Below are positions 23,065-31,442 of a stretch of 64,000 nucleotides of DNA, in pieces. The first letter of the stretch is position 1. Each line of letters opens with the position of its first letter. Origin of the DNA: Polyangiaceae bacterium (GTDB lineage: Bacteria; Myxococcota_A; Polyangia; Polyangiales; Polyangiaceae). A model generated the notes under the pieces. The model made no database searches. It saw only the letters and a program-made list of their open reading frames with translations, and was not told where the DNA came from. Location: contig JAKLKA010000002.1 in NCBI GenBank assembly GCA_023150915.1, positions 2,338 through 66,337 of the forward strand, written 5' to 3'. The position numbers and the translations under genes were made by a program.

Positions 23065-25754
23065 TCTTTCTTGCCCTTGCCCCCGCCAGCCTTGTCGCCC
23101 GCGCTCTCGGGCACCTTCACGTCGGTGATGACCTTGGGGTTCATCAGCTCGAAATAGGCGGCAGCCGCCAGCTCGCCGGTGGGGCCCTTCTCGTCGCGCA
23201 GCGCCATCAGCACACCCTGCTCTTTCATGAACTTCAGCGTGCGAATCGCGCCTTCCATCAGCTCTTTCTTGCTGGTGTCTTTCGCCATCTGCATCAGCCG
23301 CTGGCGCAGCACCACGCGGGTGAACGAGTGCGGCCCGTTGTCGAACTGCAGGTTGTCGAACTGCTTCATCAGCAAGAACGGCGCCCAGTCTTGCGGCACG
23401 CCCTTGAGCTCGACCTGCTGAATCGCGATGGCGTTGTCCACCCACTTGAAGATGCGCCCGCTGTTCAGATCTTCGTGCGACCAGTAGCCGAACGCGTCGT
23501 ACCAGAGGTTCTGCAGCTCCTCGACCGTGGCCTTCGGCTTGTCGGCGAACATCGCCACGGCGCGCTTGGCCGTGTCCGGGCTGCCGCCCAAGATCAGGGC
23601 CAGCGCAGCGTCGGTGAGCAGCGACTCGGTCTTCAAGAGCTCGAACAGCTTGGCCTCGACGTCCTTGTCGAAACCCGTCTTGCCGATGGCGGCGCCCACC
23701 TGGTGCCGCGTCTCGAGCGTGGCTTCGGCGTTCAGCATGGGGAGCAGGGCCGACGACACGCCGGGGATGGGCCGGCGAATGAATGCCTCGAGCAGGCAGG
23801 CGCGGCGCTGCGAGTCGGCCTTGTCGGCCTTCTTGTACTCTTGCACCTTCTTCGCCACCTCGAGCATGTCCTCTTTGCTGCCCACCCACGGCAGGGCGGC
23901 GCACGCCGACATGCGGGCCTGCTCGTTCTCTTTCGGCTCTTCGATGTACTTGAGCAGTGGCTTGAACCCGCGGGGGTCTTGCCACTGGGCCATGCCGTCG
24001 GCGGCGCCCACACCCAGCGCGCGCAGCGTCATGCCCAAGATCGCCAGCCCGCCGGCCATCAGGCCGTCCATGGTCACGTCCAGCTTCGGATCGCGGCGGG
24101 TCAGGGACTTCTCCAGCACCGCCCAGCTCTGCTCGTCCTTCAGCCAGCCCACATAGCGCATGGCGCTCTGCGCCACGACCCACTCTTCGGGGAAGGGCGG
24201 CTGCTGGCCCTCGAGCGGCAGCGGCTTGTTCGGATCGGCCCACTTGCGGAAGGCGGCGATGTCCTTGGTCGACTCCATGGCCGCCAGTGCGCGCAGCCCG
24301 TTGGCGTGCGGCGAGGGCATCTCGTGGATCCAGAAGATGACCGCGTCTTCACCCTCTTTGCGGATGTACTCGCGCTTGTCGGGGTGCATCGCCGCCAGAT
24401 CCGCGATCATGCGGGTGGCCACCACGCGCTCTTGGTCGTCGCGCTTGAGCAACTGCTCGTGATCGTACTGATCGCTGTAGATCTTCAGCGGGTCCATCCG
24501 CAGGCGCTTGGCCAGGGTCGGCACCGCGCGCACGTCGCCGATCTCGGCCATGGCCGTGGCGGCCTCGGTCTGCCAGTGAATGTGAGGCTTGGTCTCGATG
24601 AACTTCCCGAGGGCGTCGCCGCAGCGCGGGTCTTGCAGCTCGCGGATCAGATCGAACACCACCTTGGTCTGGAACCAGGCCTTCTCGACGTCGCTGTCGT
24701 TCGAGCCCAGCGCCAGCAGCAGGCCTTCGCAGCCAATGCCGTCTTTCAGCGCGTGCAGGTACTTCTTGCGACTCTCTTTGTCCGTCTTCTTCAGGGCCGA
24801 GATCAGCGGTTCGCGCGCGCGCTGATCGCCGATTTTGCCCAGCCCGGGCGCGGCCTGCCGCGCAATCTCGGCGTCGCTGTCTTGCACCAGCTTGATCAGC
24901 GCGTCGGTGTATTTCGGCGCCGCGTTGCGCGACAGCACGGTGGCCACCAGCTGGCGCACCGCGCCGCTCTCGTCCCCGGCCATGGTCGCCAGCTTGTCGG
25001 TGTCGATCAGCTTGACCAGCTTCTCGGGGTCGAACGCCACGCCGCCGCCCAGGCGCTGCACCTTCGAGAGGTGGCCCGCGCGGTAGAGCACCATGATCTG
25101 GTCGAAGGCCGACGTCTCGCCCAGCACCACCAGCGCCCAGGCGATCTGCGGCTTCGCGCCGGGGCCCGCCTTCGGCAGGGCCTGCATCAGCGCGCCCTTG
25201 GCCTTCTCGGCGGTGGGCAGGCCGTACTCGCTGAGGCAGGTCGCAGCCATCGACTGGATGGGCTCGCTGGGGCGGGCCAGCGCCTTCATCGCCAGATCCA
25301 CGCCGGCCGGGTCGCGGGCGAAGGCCAGCTGCTTGAGCGACTCTTGCACCAGCTCGTCGCTGGCCTCCGAGGCCGCCCACTCGCGCCACTTCGGAAGCTG
25401 CTCGTCCTTGGGCAGGACGAAGGTCGCTTTCTTCCGCTGTTCGACCTGCTCTACAGTGAGCTTCTCAGCGTCCTTCTTGAGCCCGATGAACAGGAACAGC
25501 ACGCCGCCGATGACGGCCACGAGTCCGATCAAGATCACGAAGGGGTTGAAGCGGCCCTTCTTGAAGTTGCCGTCCCCCATGTCGTACGAGCCGGGGGCGC
25601 CGCCGCCGGGCAGTTGCGGCGCGCCGCCGCCGGGTGCCCCGTCGTCGTCGGGCGGCCACTTCGCCAGGTCGACGCGATCTTCTGCTTCTTCCCCCACCAG
25701 CGGTGGAACGGGCCGGTGGGCGGGCTGCGGGGACGGCGAGATCGGTTCGAGCAT
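23061..25754 (-). CDS. Membrane-anchored HEAT/ARM-like repeat protein
   Basis: ORF 23061..27359 trimmed to ATG 25754 (MLEPISPSP...); single TM FVILIGLVAVIGGVLFLFIGL followed by ~800 aa of helical repeats. Confidence 0.6.
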   Translation of the reverse strand: MLEPISPSPQPAHRPVPPLVGEEAEDRVDLAKWPPDDDGAPGGGAPQLPGGGAPGSYDMGDGNFKKGRFNPFVILIGLVAVIGGVLFLFIGLKKDAEKLTVEQVEQRKKATFVLPKDEQLPKWREWAASEASDELVQESLKQLAFARDPAGVDLAMKALARPSEPIQSMAATCLSEYGLPTAEKAKGALMQALPKAGPGAKPQIAWALVVLGETSAFDQIMVLYRAGHLSKVQRLGGGVAFDPEKLVKLIDTDKLATMAGDESGAVRQLVATVLSRNAAPKYTDALIKLVQDSDAEIARQAAPGLGKIGDQRAREPLISALKKTDKESRKKYLHALKDGIGCEGLLLALGSNDSDVEKAWFQTKVVFDLIRELQDPRCGDALGKFIETKPHIHWQTEAATAMAEIGDVRAVPTLAKRLRMDPLKIYSDQYDHEQLLKRDDQERVVATRMIADLAAMHPDKREYIRKEGEDAVIFWIHEMPSPHANGLRALAAMESTKDIAAFRKWADPNKPLPLEGQQPPFPEEWVVAQSAMRYVGWLKDEQSWAVLEKSLTRRDPKLDVTMDGLMAGGLAILGMTLRALGVGAADGMAQWQDPRGFKPLLKYIEEPKENEQARMSACAALPWVGSKEDMLEVAKKVQEYKKADKADSQRRACLLEAFIRRPIPGVSSALLPMLNAEATLETRHQVGAAIGKTGFDKDVEAKLFELLKTESLLTDAALALILGGSPDTAKRAVAMFADKPKATVEELQNLWYDAFGYWSHEDLNSGRIFKWVDNAIAIQQVELKGVPQDWAPFLLMKQFDNLQFDNGPHSFTRVVLRQRLMQMAKDTSKKELMEGAIRTLKFMKEQGVLMALRDEKGPTGELAAAAYFELMNPKVITDVKVPESAGDKAGGGKGKKE

Positions 25755-25880
25755 ATTTCCTCCGACGCGGTGCAGGCCCGTCGACCACAGGGTCGTCGCC
25801 CGAGCCCGCACATCGAGCGGCGGCGACCTTATCCCAGACCTGCGACGACCTGAAGCGCGGAGCCGCCCAACTGGCGGAAA

Positions 25881-26636
25881 ATGTGGGTGACCGAGGGCCC
25901 GCCGCCGCCTTCGGCCGAGCCTGCCGCGGCGCCGCGCAGCCGCCGGCCCTGGCTCGTGCCGCTCGGGGTCGCGCTGGCCACCAGCGCGGCCGTGACCGCG
26001 CTTTCCTACGGAATGCCCGACAAGTACGCGGCCACCGCGGTCGGGCTCGGCTTCCTCGCGGCCACCTACGGGGTCGCCTTGCGCCGCGATCACCCACTGC
26101 CCCCCGAACACTACGGGCTCGGACTCGGCGGCCTGCTCGACCCAGCGCCCCTGTCGCTGGTGCGGGTGGCGCGGGAGTCGTCCCGAGCCCTGGCCTGGGC
26201 CGCCGCCCTCGCGCTCGCCATCTTCCCGTTCTTCTGGCTCGGCTATCAGTGGTGGTGGAAGCCGCGTCACGCCTTCGTGCCGGGCGCGCTCCCGTCGTTC
26301 GGCGACGACGTGCTCGGGCAGCTCTTGGTGATCGCGCTGCCCGAAGAGGCCTTCTTCCGGGGCTACCTGCAGACCGCGCTCGACGACGCGTGGAAGCCGC
26401 GCGTGAAGATCCTGGGCGCCAACCTCGGCTGGGGCATCTTGGTGTCGAGCGCGCTCTTCGCCCTCGGGCACTTCGCCACCGAAGCGCACCCCAACCGGCT
26501 GGCGGTGTTCTTCCCCGCGCTGGTGTTCGGTTGGCTGCGCGCCAGGACGGGCGGCGTCGGCGCGGGCATCGTGTTCCACGCGCTGTGCAACTTGTTCGCG
26601 GCCTATCTGGCAAGGAGCTACGGGATGGGCCGGTGA
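25881..26636 (+). CDS. CPBP-family (CAAX-type) glutamic intramembrane protease
   Basis: Motifs EEAFFRGYLQ, FALGHF and FHALCNLF across multiple TM helices. Confidence 0.85.
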   Translation: MWVTEGPPPPSAEPAAAPRSRRPWLVPLGVALATSAAVTALSYGMPDKYAATAVGLGFLAATYGVALRRDHPLPPEHYGLGLGGLLDPAPLSLVRVARESSRALAWAAALALAIFPFFWLGYQWWWKPRHAFVPGALPSFGDDVLGQLLVIALPEEAFFRGYLQTALDDAWKPRVKILGANLGWGILVSSALFALGHFATEAHPNRLAVFFPALVFGWLRARTGGVGAGIVFHALCNLFAAYLARSYGMGR

Positions 26637-27021
26637 GGGTGTATGGCGTCCCGACGCTGCGCGCGAGCATGGCCAGGGCGTGACATCAGCGAAACGCGTA
26701 GATTTCGGCACCGGCTGATCCCGGAGGACGGTCCCGTCCGGGGCGACGATACGCAACAGCTCTGCACCAAAGTCGACGACGGCCAGGTTCCCGTTGGGAA
26801 GAGCTGCCACGCCAGCAAAGCCGATTGTCGTGGCGCCTCCGGGCGTCAAGGCAGGGAGGGTCCACCCTTGCCGAGTACCCGAGCCTCGAACCCGCGGACA
26901 TCCGTGCGTGCATCGCGTACGCCTCGGCGCTGACGCGGGAGCGCGACGCTCCCCATCCGCCCGACTGCTGAACCCCGCTCTGCTGCGGCGACCTGCAAGG
27001 CTGCTGCTGAGCGGGGGCGGG

Positions 27022-27369
27022 TCAGTCTCCCAAGTCCAAGAACCAGCGCACGCCTTCGCAGACGGCACGCAGGACGCGCGGTGGCAGGGTGCCGACGAGC
27101 TCATCCAAGTCCGCCTTGTCCACGGTGGAGATCTGTGAAGCGTTCGCCACCGAGTCCCTCGGGAGACCGGTGTGGCGGCGCTCGAGCAGGGTGTTCCCGG
27201 GCGCCTTGGCGTGCGCCTTGTTGCTGGTGAGCACGCACACCACGACGGTGCTGATCCGACTCGCGTTGACTTCATCTCGCTGCAGGACCAGCGCGGGATG
27301 GCGGAATCCCGGCTCCGAGCCGCGCGGGTCGGAGAAATCGACCCACCAGATCTGCCCACGCCGAATCAA
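27022..27369 (-). CDS. mazF: Type II toxin, MazF/PemK-family endoribonuclease
   Basis: MIRRGQIWWVDFSDPRGSEPGFRHPALVLQ...VVVCVLTSN...SVANASQISTVDK; typical PemK fold signature. Confidence 0.88.
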   Translation of the reverse strand: MIRRGQIWWVDFSDPRGSEPGFRHPALVLQRDEVNASRISTVVVCVLTSNKAHAKAPGNTLLERRHTGLPRDSVANASQISTVDKADLDELVGTLPPRVLRAVCEGVRWFLDLGD

Positions 27370-27626
27370 CGCTTCTTTGCCCTGCCGGTTCCGAGCACTC
27401 GCTTCGCCCGCCGGCGAAACGCCAGCGCCGCTGGCTCGTCTCCAGGTTGCCCGCCCTTCTCGATGGCAGCGTTCCAGGCCGCCGTCGAGTCGGCCGCCGG
27501 CGTCCCTTTCTCCAGGAACTCCCGGGCCGCCTTCGCGAGCAGGGCACTGCGGGAGATCTTGAGAGCGCGCGCCCGCGCGTCGACGAGTCGAAACAGATCG
27601 TCCGGCAAGGACACGGCCGTCTTCAT
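27366..27626 (-). CDS. mazE: Type II antitoxin, ribbon-helix-helix (CopG/MazE-like)
   Basis: ORF 27366..27821 trimmed to ATG 27626: MKTAVSLPDDLFRLVDARARALKISRSALLAKAAREFLEK; 4-nt overlap with mazF. Confidence 0.8.
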   Translation of the reverse strand: MKTAVSLPDDLFRLVDARARALKISRSALLAKAAREFLEKGTPAADSTAAWNAAIEKGGQPGDEPAALAFRRRAKRVLGTGRAKKR

Positions 27627-27632
27627 GCCGCG

Positions 27633-27662
27633 AGTATGACCGGTATTACCTGCCCGGGTCAA
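27633..27662 (-). promoter_or_regulatory. Candidate sigma70-type promoter for mazEF (TTGACC-N17/18-CATACT), near-leaderless
   Basis: Minus-strand read ggTTGACCcgggcaggtaataccggtCATACTcgcggcATG; the -10 element ends 6 nt before the mazE ATG. Confidence 0.35.
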
Positions 27663-27684
27663 CCCGACTGCGGGTTCTCTGGCA

Positions 27685-27721
27685 CCATGAAATCTCGTAG
27701 TTCTGTCATGAGATTTCATGG
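27685..27721. promoter_or_regulatory. 12-bp perfect inverted repeat CCATGAAATCTC-N13-GAGATTTCATGG
   Basis: Read directly; AT-rich; lies upstream of the putative mazE -35 in the divergent mazE / vWA-lipoprotein region. Confidence 0.4.
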
Positions 27722-27978
27722 TGTCTTTGCGACGTGATCTTCCGGGAAGGACGCGGGCATCGACCCCGGGCATCCTCGCGTGGCTCCTCAGGCAGTTCCC
27801 GGTGAGCCCGCTTCCGACCATGCTCAGCCCCCTGAGCAGCGACGACCTCCGAGCCTACCGGGACGCTCTCGCGGAGCGCATGCGCAAGCTGGCCGTGCCC
27901 AACGGAGCTGACGGGAGCACACCGCCGCCGCGGCTCGGAAGCTCACGACGCCGTCATTGCAGCGAGCGCCCACGGACT

Positions 27979-28075
27979 GAGCCGCGGCGAATGGCGCTAT
28001 CCGTGCCAGAAAGCGCGCCACAAGGCCCCGAGCCGCGGCCGATGGCGCTCTCCGTGCCAGAAAGCGCGGCACAAG
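27979..28075. repeat. Two direct copies of a 46-bp element, 51-bp period, 4 mismatches
   Basis: 27979-28024 gagccgcggcgaatggcgctatccgtgccagaaagcgcgccacaag versus 28030-28075 gagccgcggccgatggcgctctccgtgccagaaagcgcggcacaag. Confidence 0.9.
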
Positions 28076-28137
28076 CAGCCCGCGCACCGCCTGGCCCGGT
28101 TCAAGTCTGCCTCCCCCCGGCCGTTCATGGGTTTGGC

Positions 28138-29430
28138 ATGCGCAATTCCGTCCACGTTGCCGCCGGTCTGGGTCTCTTCGGGTTCCTGTTCTTCGCTTGC
28201 GGCGGCGGCGACGCCGGGTCCGGCGGCGAGGGCTCGGGCACCGGAGGGGCCAGCGGCGCGGCCACCGGGGGCGCGGCCGGCGCCGCGGGTGGGGGAAGCG
28301 GTGGCGGTCTGAACCCGGGCGGGGGCGGCACGGGCGGCAGCGCCAGCACGGGCGGCAGCGCCAGCACGGGCGGCAGCGCCAGCACGGGCGGCAGCGCGGG
28401 CGCCGACGGCGGCGCGGACGTCAGCGTGCCCGACGCGACCTTCGTCTATAGCCCTCCGGATGCCGGCGCCGACGACGCCTGCGCCGCGGTGGCCGCCACG
28501 CCCACCAAGCCGCCGGTCGACGTCATCTGGATCATCGACCAATCCAGCTCGATGAGCGACGAGATCGCCCAGGTCAAGACCAACGTCAACGGTCACTTCG
28601 CCAACATCATCCAGGACAGCGGCCTCGACTACCGCGTCATCATGTTCGCCAATGCCCAGTACCCGGTCGCATCGCGGCGCGTGTGCGTCTTGCCACCGCT
28701 CGGCGCTGCCGACTGCGGCGCCGACAATCCGCCGCGCTTCTTTCAGGTGAACCAGAACGTCGAGAGTCTGGACTCGCTGCTGCTGTTCAGCAGCACGACC
28801 TGGTGGCCCCAGGTGAAGTCCCACCTCCGCCCCGAGTCATTCAAGGCGTTCGTCGAGGTCACCGACGATCAGTCGAGCCTGTCTGCGGCGAACTTCGACG
28901 AGTTTCTGCTGAAGGGCATGGCCGCGGGCTACTTCGGCACCGCCGCCCAGCGCCGTTACGTGTTCCATTCCATCGTCGGGGTCGCCTCGCCCTTGGGCCC
29001 GACCGCGCCCAAGACAGAAAGCAAGTGCCCGAGCTCCGAGAACCCGGGCCCGCAGTACCAAGAGCTCAGCATGCTCACGGGCGGGATGCGTCACCCGGTG
29101 TGCGACAACGACTACTCCACGGTGTTCAAGGACATCGCCACCAGCATCGTGAACTCTCTGGCGTGTGACCTTGCCACCCCCGGCGCCAGCGACGCCGGCG
29201 TCTTGGATTGGAGCAAGGTGAAGCTGCAGTACACCCCGGGAGCCGGCGGGGCCGGGCCTGCGACCTTCCAGCAAGTGCCCGGCAAGGCGAGCTGCGGCGC
29301 GGCGGACGGCTTCTACTACGACGATCCGAAGAACCCGACCAAGGTCACGCTCTGCCCGGCCTCGTGCAGCGCGGTGAGCACCGACAAGGGCGCCAAGCTC
29401 GAGCTGCTCCTCGGCTGCCTCGGCAGCTGA
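28138..29430 (+). CDS. Lipoprotein with Gly/Ser/Thr-rich linker and vWA-like domain
   Basis: ORF 27718..29430 trimmed to ATG 28138: MRNSVHVAAGLGLFGFLFFAC lipobox, (TGGSAS)n linker, MIDAS-like DVIWIIDQSSSMSDE. Confidence 0.75.
   Translation: MRNSVHVAAGLGLFGFLFFACGGGDAGSGGEGSGTGGASGAATGGAAGAAGGGSGGGLNPGGGGTGGSASTGGSASTGGSASTGGSAGADGGADVSVPDATFVYSPPDAGADDACAAVAATPTKPPVDVIWIIDQSSSMSDEIAQVKTNVNGHFANIIQDSGLDYRVIMFANAQYPVASRRVCVLPPLGAADCGADNPPRFFQVNQNVESLDSLLLFSSTTWWPQVKSHLRPESFKAFVEVTDDQSSLSAANFDEFLLKGMAAGYFGTAAQRRYVFHSIVGVASPLGPTAPKTESKCPSSENPGPQYQELSMLTGGMRHPVCDNDYSTVFKDIATSIVNSLACDLATPGASDAGVLDWSKVKLQYTPGAGGAGPATFQQVPGKASCGAADGFYYDDPKNPTKVTLCPASCSAVSTDKGAKLELLLGCLGS
28330..28401. repeat. 18-bp tandem repeat x4 encoding (TGGSAS)n
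   Basis: Units acgggcggcagcgccagc at 28330, 28348 and 28366, with a variant unit at 28384. Confidence 0.9.
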
Positions 29431-29718
29431 TCGCCGCGCAAGTGCCAGTCTTTGCCAAGCGCTCCGGGCACGGTTGCTGCTTGGGGAGTGCTCATGCGCG
29501 GGGCTGAACACAGTCGAGCTGGCTTCCACGCGAGCCGAGTCCCGCGTGCTCCCCGGTCTCGCGGTGGACCTCAGTGCGCTCTTCCGCTGAGCAACGTCAC
29601 GGCGCTTCGGGCTCGTAGCCGGGCTTCTTCAGGGCGGCCGGCCCGACAGACGCTCGGTGGTCCCCCAATCCGTGGTCGCCCCTTTCTCGCCGCGCGACTC
29701 GGCGCTAGGGTCGCGGCC

Positions 29719-30564
29719 GTGTTCGTCTCGAGCTTGATCGATCGCCTGGTGGATGCCGCGCTCGCCGAAGATCTGGAGGGCGGCGACCTGACCACCGAAG
29801 CCACCGTCCCCGCCGAAGCCCGGGCGGTGGCCCGGGCGGTGGCCCGCTCGGAGCTGGTGGTGTGCGGGGGCGATGTGTTCGCGCGGGTGTTCTACCGGGT
29901 CGATCCGGGCGTGCGGGTCGAGCGCCTGCTGGACGAGGGCGCCGACGCGAAGAAGGGTGACGTGCTCTGGGTGGCCGAGGGGGCGGCCCGCTCGCTGCTC
30001 ATGGCCGAGCGTACCGCGCTGAACTTCGCGCAGCGCATGAGCGGCATCGCCACGCTCTCGCGGCGCTACGTGCGCGCGTTGCCCGCAGGAAGCCGCACGC
30101 GGGTGACCGACACGCGCAAGACCACGCCCGGGTTGCGAGCCCTCGAGCGCTATGCCGTGCGCACCGGCGGCGCGCACAACCACCGCGACACCTTGGGGTC
30201 GGCGGTGCTGATCAAGGACAACCACATCCAGGCTGCGGGCGGCATCGGCGTGGCGGTGGAGCGCGCGCGCGCCCGGGCCCCGCACACCTCGAAGATCGAG
30301 ATCGAGGTCGCGTCGCTCGCCGAGCTCGGCGAAGCCCTGGCGGCGGGGGCAGACATCGTGATGCTCGACAATTTCTCCCCCAGCGACGTGATCGCGGGCG
30401 TGGCCCTGGCCAAGGGCAAGGCCCTGGTCGAGGTCTCGGGCGGCGTTACCCTCGAGCGCATCGCCGAGCTCGCTGCCAAGGGCGTGGACGTGATCAGCTC
30501 CGGGGCGCTCACGCATTCGGCCCCCAGCGCCGACATCGCGCTCGATCTCGAGAGACTGGGATGA
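29719..30564 (+). CDS. nadC: Nicotinate-nucleotide pyrophosphorylase (carboxylating)
   Basis: ORF 29452..30564 trimmed to GTG 29719; ERTALNFAQRMSGIAT, TRKTTPGLR, HNHRDTLGSAVLIKDNH, MLDNF. Confidence 0.9.
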   Translation: MFVSSLIDRLVDAALAEDLEGGDLTTEATVPAEARAVARAVARSELVVCGGDVFARVFYRVDPGVRVERLLDEGADAKKGDVLWVAEGAARSLLMAERTALNFAQRMSGIATLSRRYVRALPAGSRTRVTDTRKTTPGLRALERYAVRTGGAHNHRDTLGSAVLIKDNHIQAAGGIGVAVERARARAPHTSKIEIEVASLAELGEALAAGADIVMLDNFSPSDVIAGVALAKGKALVEVSGGVTLERIAELAAKGVDVISSGALTHSAPSADIALDLERLG

Positions 30565-31337
30565 CCGCCTTCGACGTGGCGCGCTTCGCCGCGCTTCGCC
30601 GCGAGCGCGGGCTCGGGCTGGGTGAGCCACTGAAGGCGGTGCCCGAGACCGGCTCGACCAACGACGACGCCATGGACGCGGCCCGCGCCGGCGCGCCCCA
30701 CGGTGCCACCTTCGTGGCCGACGCACAGACGCGCGGTCGCGGTCGGCGCGGCGCACGCTGGACCTCGCCCCCGGGCCAGAACCTACTGTGTTCGGTGCTG
30801 CTTCGCCCCGGCCTGTCGCCCGAGCTCACCGGAACGCTCACCTTGGCCGTCGGCCTTGCGGTGCGTGAGGTGGCGGCGGCGCGGATCGCGGCGGACGTGC
30901 GCGTGAAGTGGCCCAACGACGTGCTGGTCGACGACCGCAAGCTGGCGGGGATCCTGCTCGAGAGTCAGCTCGATGCGGGGCAGGTGACCGCCATCGTGGT
31001 CGGGGTGGGGCTCAACGTGGGGATGAGCGAGCTGCCGCCCGAGCTGCGGGGCGTCGCGACGTCACTCGCGCTCTTGGGCGATCGCCACCCTCGCCGCGAA
31101 GAGGTGCTGATCGAGCTTCTGGCGGCGCTCGAGCGCCGGGTGGCGGCCCACGCCCAGGGCGGGCTGACGCTAGTGCTCGCCGAGCTGGCTCGGGTCGATG
31201 CGCTGGCCGGGCGGCGCGTGCGCGCCGACCGAGTGGAGGGCGTGGCCGCGGGCATTGCCCCCGACGGCGCCCTGCGGGTGCGCATCGACGACGGCGAAGA
31301 GGCACGGGTCTGCTCGGGCGGCGTGGTCCTGATCTGA
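30561..31337 (+). CDS. birA: Biotin--[acetyl-CoA-carboxylase] ligase, group I (no N-terminal HTH)
   Basis: GSTNDDA, QTRGRGRRGARWTSPPG, KWPNDVLVDDRKLAGIL; ATGA overlap with nadC. Confidence 0.88.
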   Translation: MTAFDVARFAALRRERGLGLGEPLKAVPETGSTNDDAMDAARAGAPHGATFVADAQTRGRGRRGARWTSPPGQNLLCSVLLRPGLSPELTGTLTLAVGLAVREVAAARIAADVRVKWPNDVLVDDRKLAGILLESQLDAGQVTAIVVGVGLNVGMSELPPELRGVATSLALLGDRHPRREEVLIELLAALERRVAAHAQGGLTLVLAELARVDALAGRRVRADRVEGVAAGIAPDGALRVRIDDGEEARVCSGGVVLI

Positions 31338-31442
31338 GCGTGCCATGTGTGCCACTGTGCCGCGCGTGCGCACATGATTCAGCCAAAAACAGGCAGTTCT
31401 TCTCAGGCACACGCCGGCACATGGGTTGCTAAGGCAGATCCC

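Noticed and set aside
25755-27359. N-terminal 535 aa of the 1432-aa ORF 23061..27359, and similarly 47069..48241 of ORF 43940..48241
   Set aside because: The upstream parts read antisense through well-supported genes (CPBP protease, mazF; zinc-ribbon and lipoprotein genes) and look like low-complexity Arg/Pro sequence. Internal ATGs at 25754 and 47068 give sensible N-termini with TM anchors.
28197-28451. Gly-rich, proline-rich and other short tandem repeats considered as possible CRISPR arrays
   Set aside because: The units are 18-24 bp with no unique spacers between them, they are in frame inside coding sequences, and no cas genes are present.
31344-31376. Imperfect inverted repeat CATGTGTGC...GCGCACATG just after birA
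   Set aside because: One mismatch, a 15-nt loop and no T-run. Too weak to call an intrinsic terminator.
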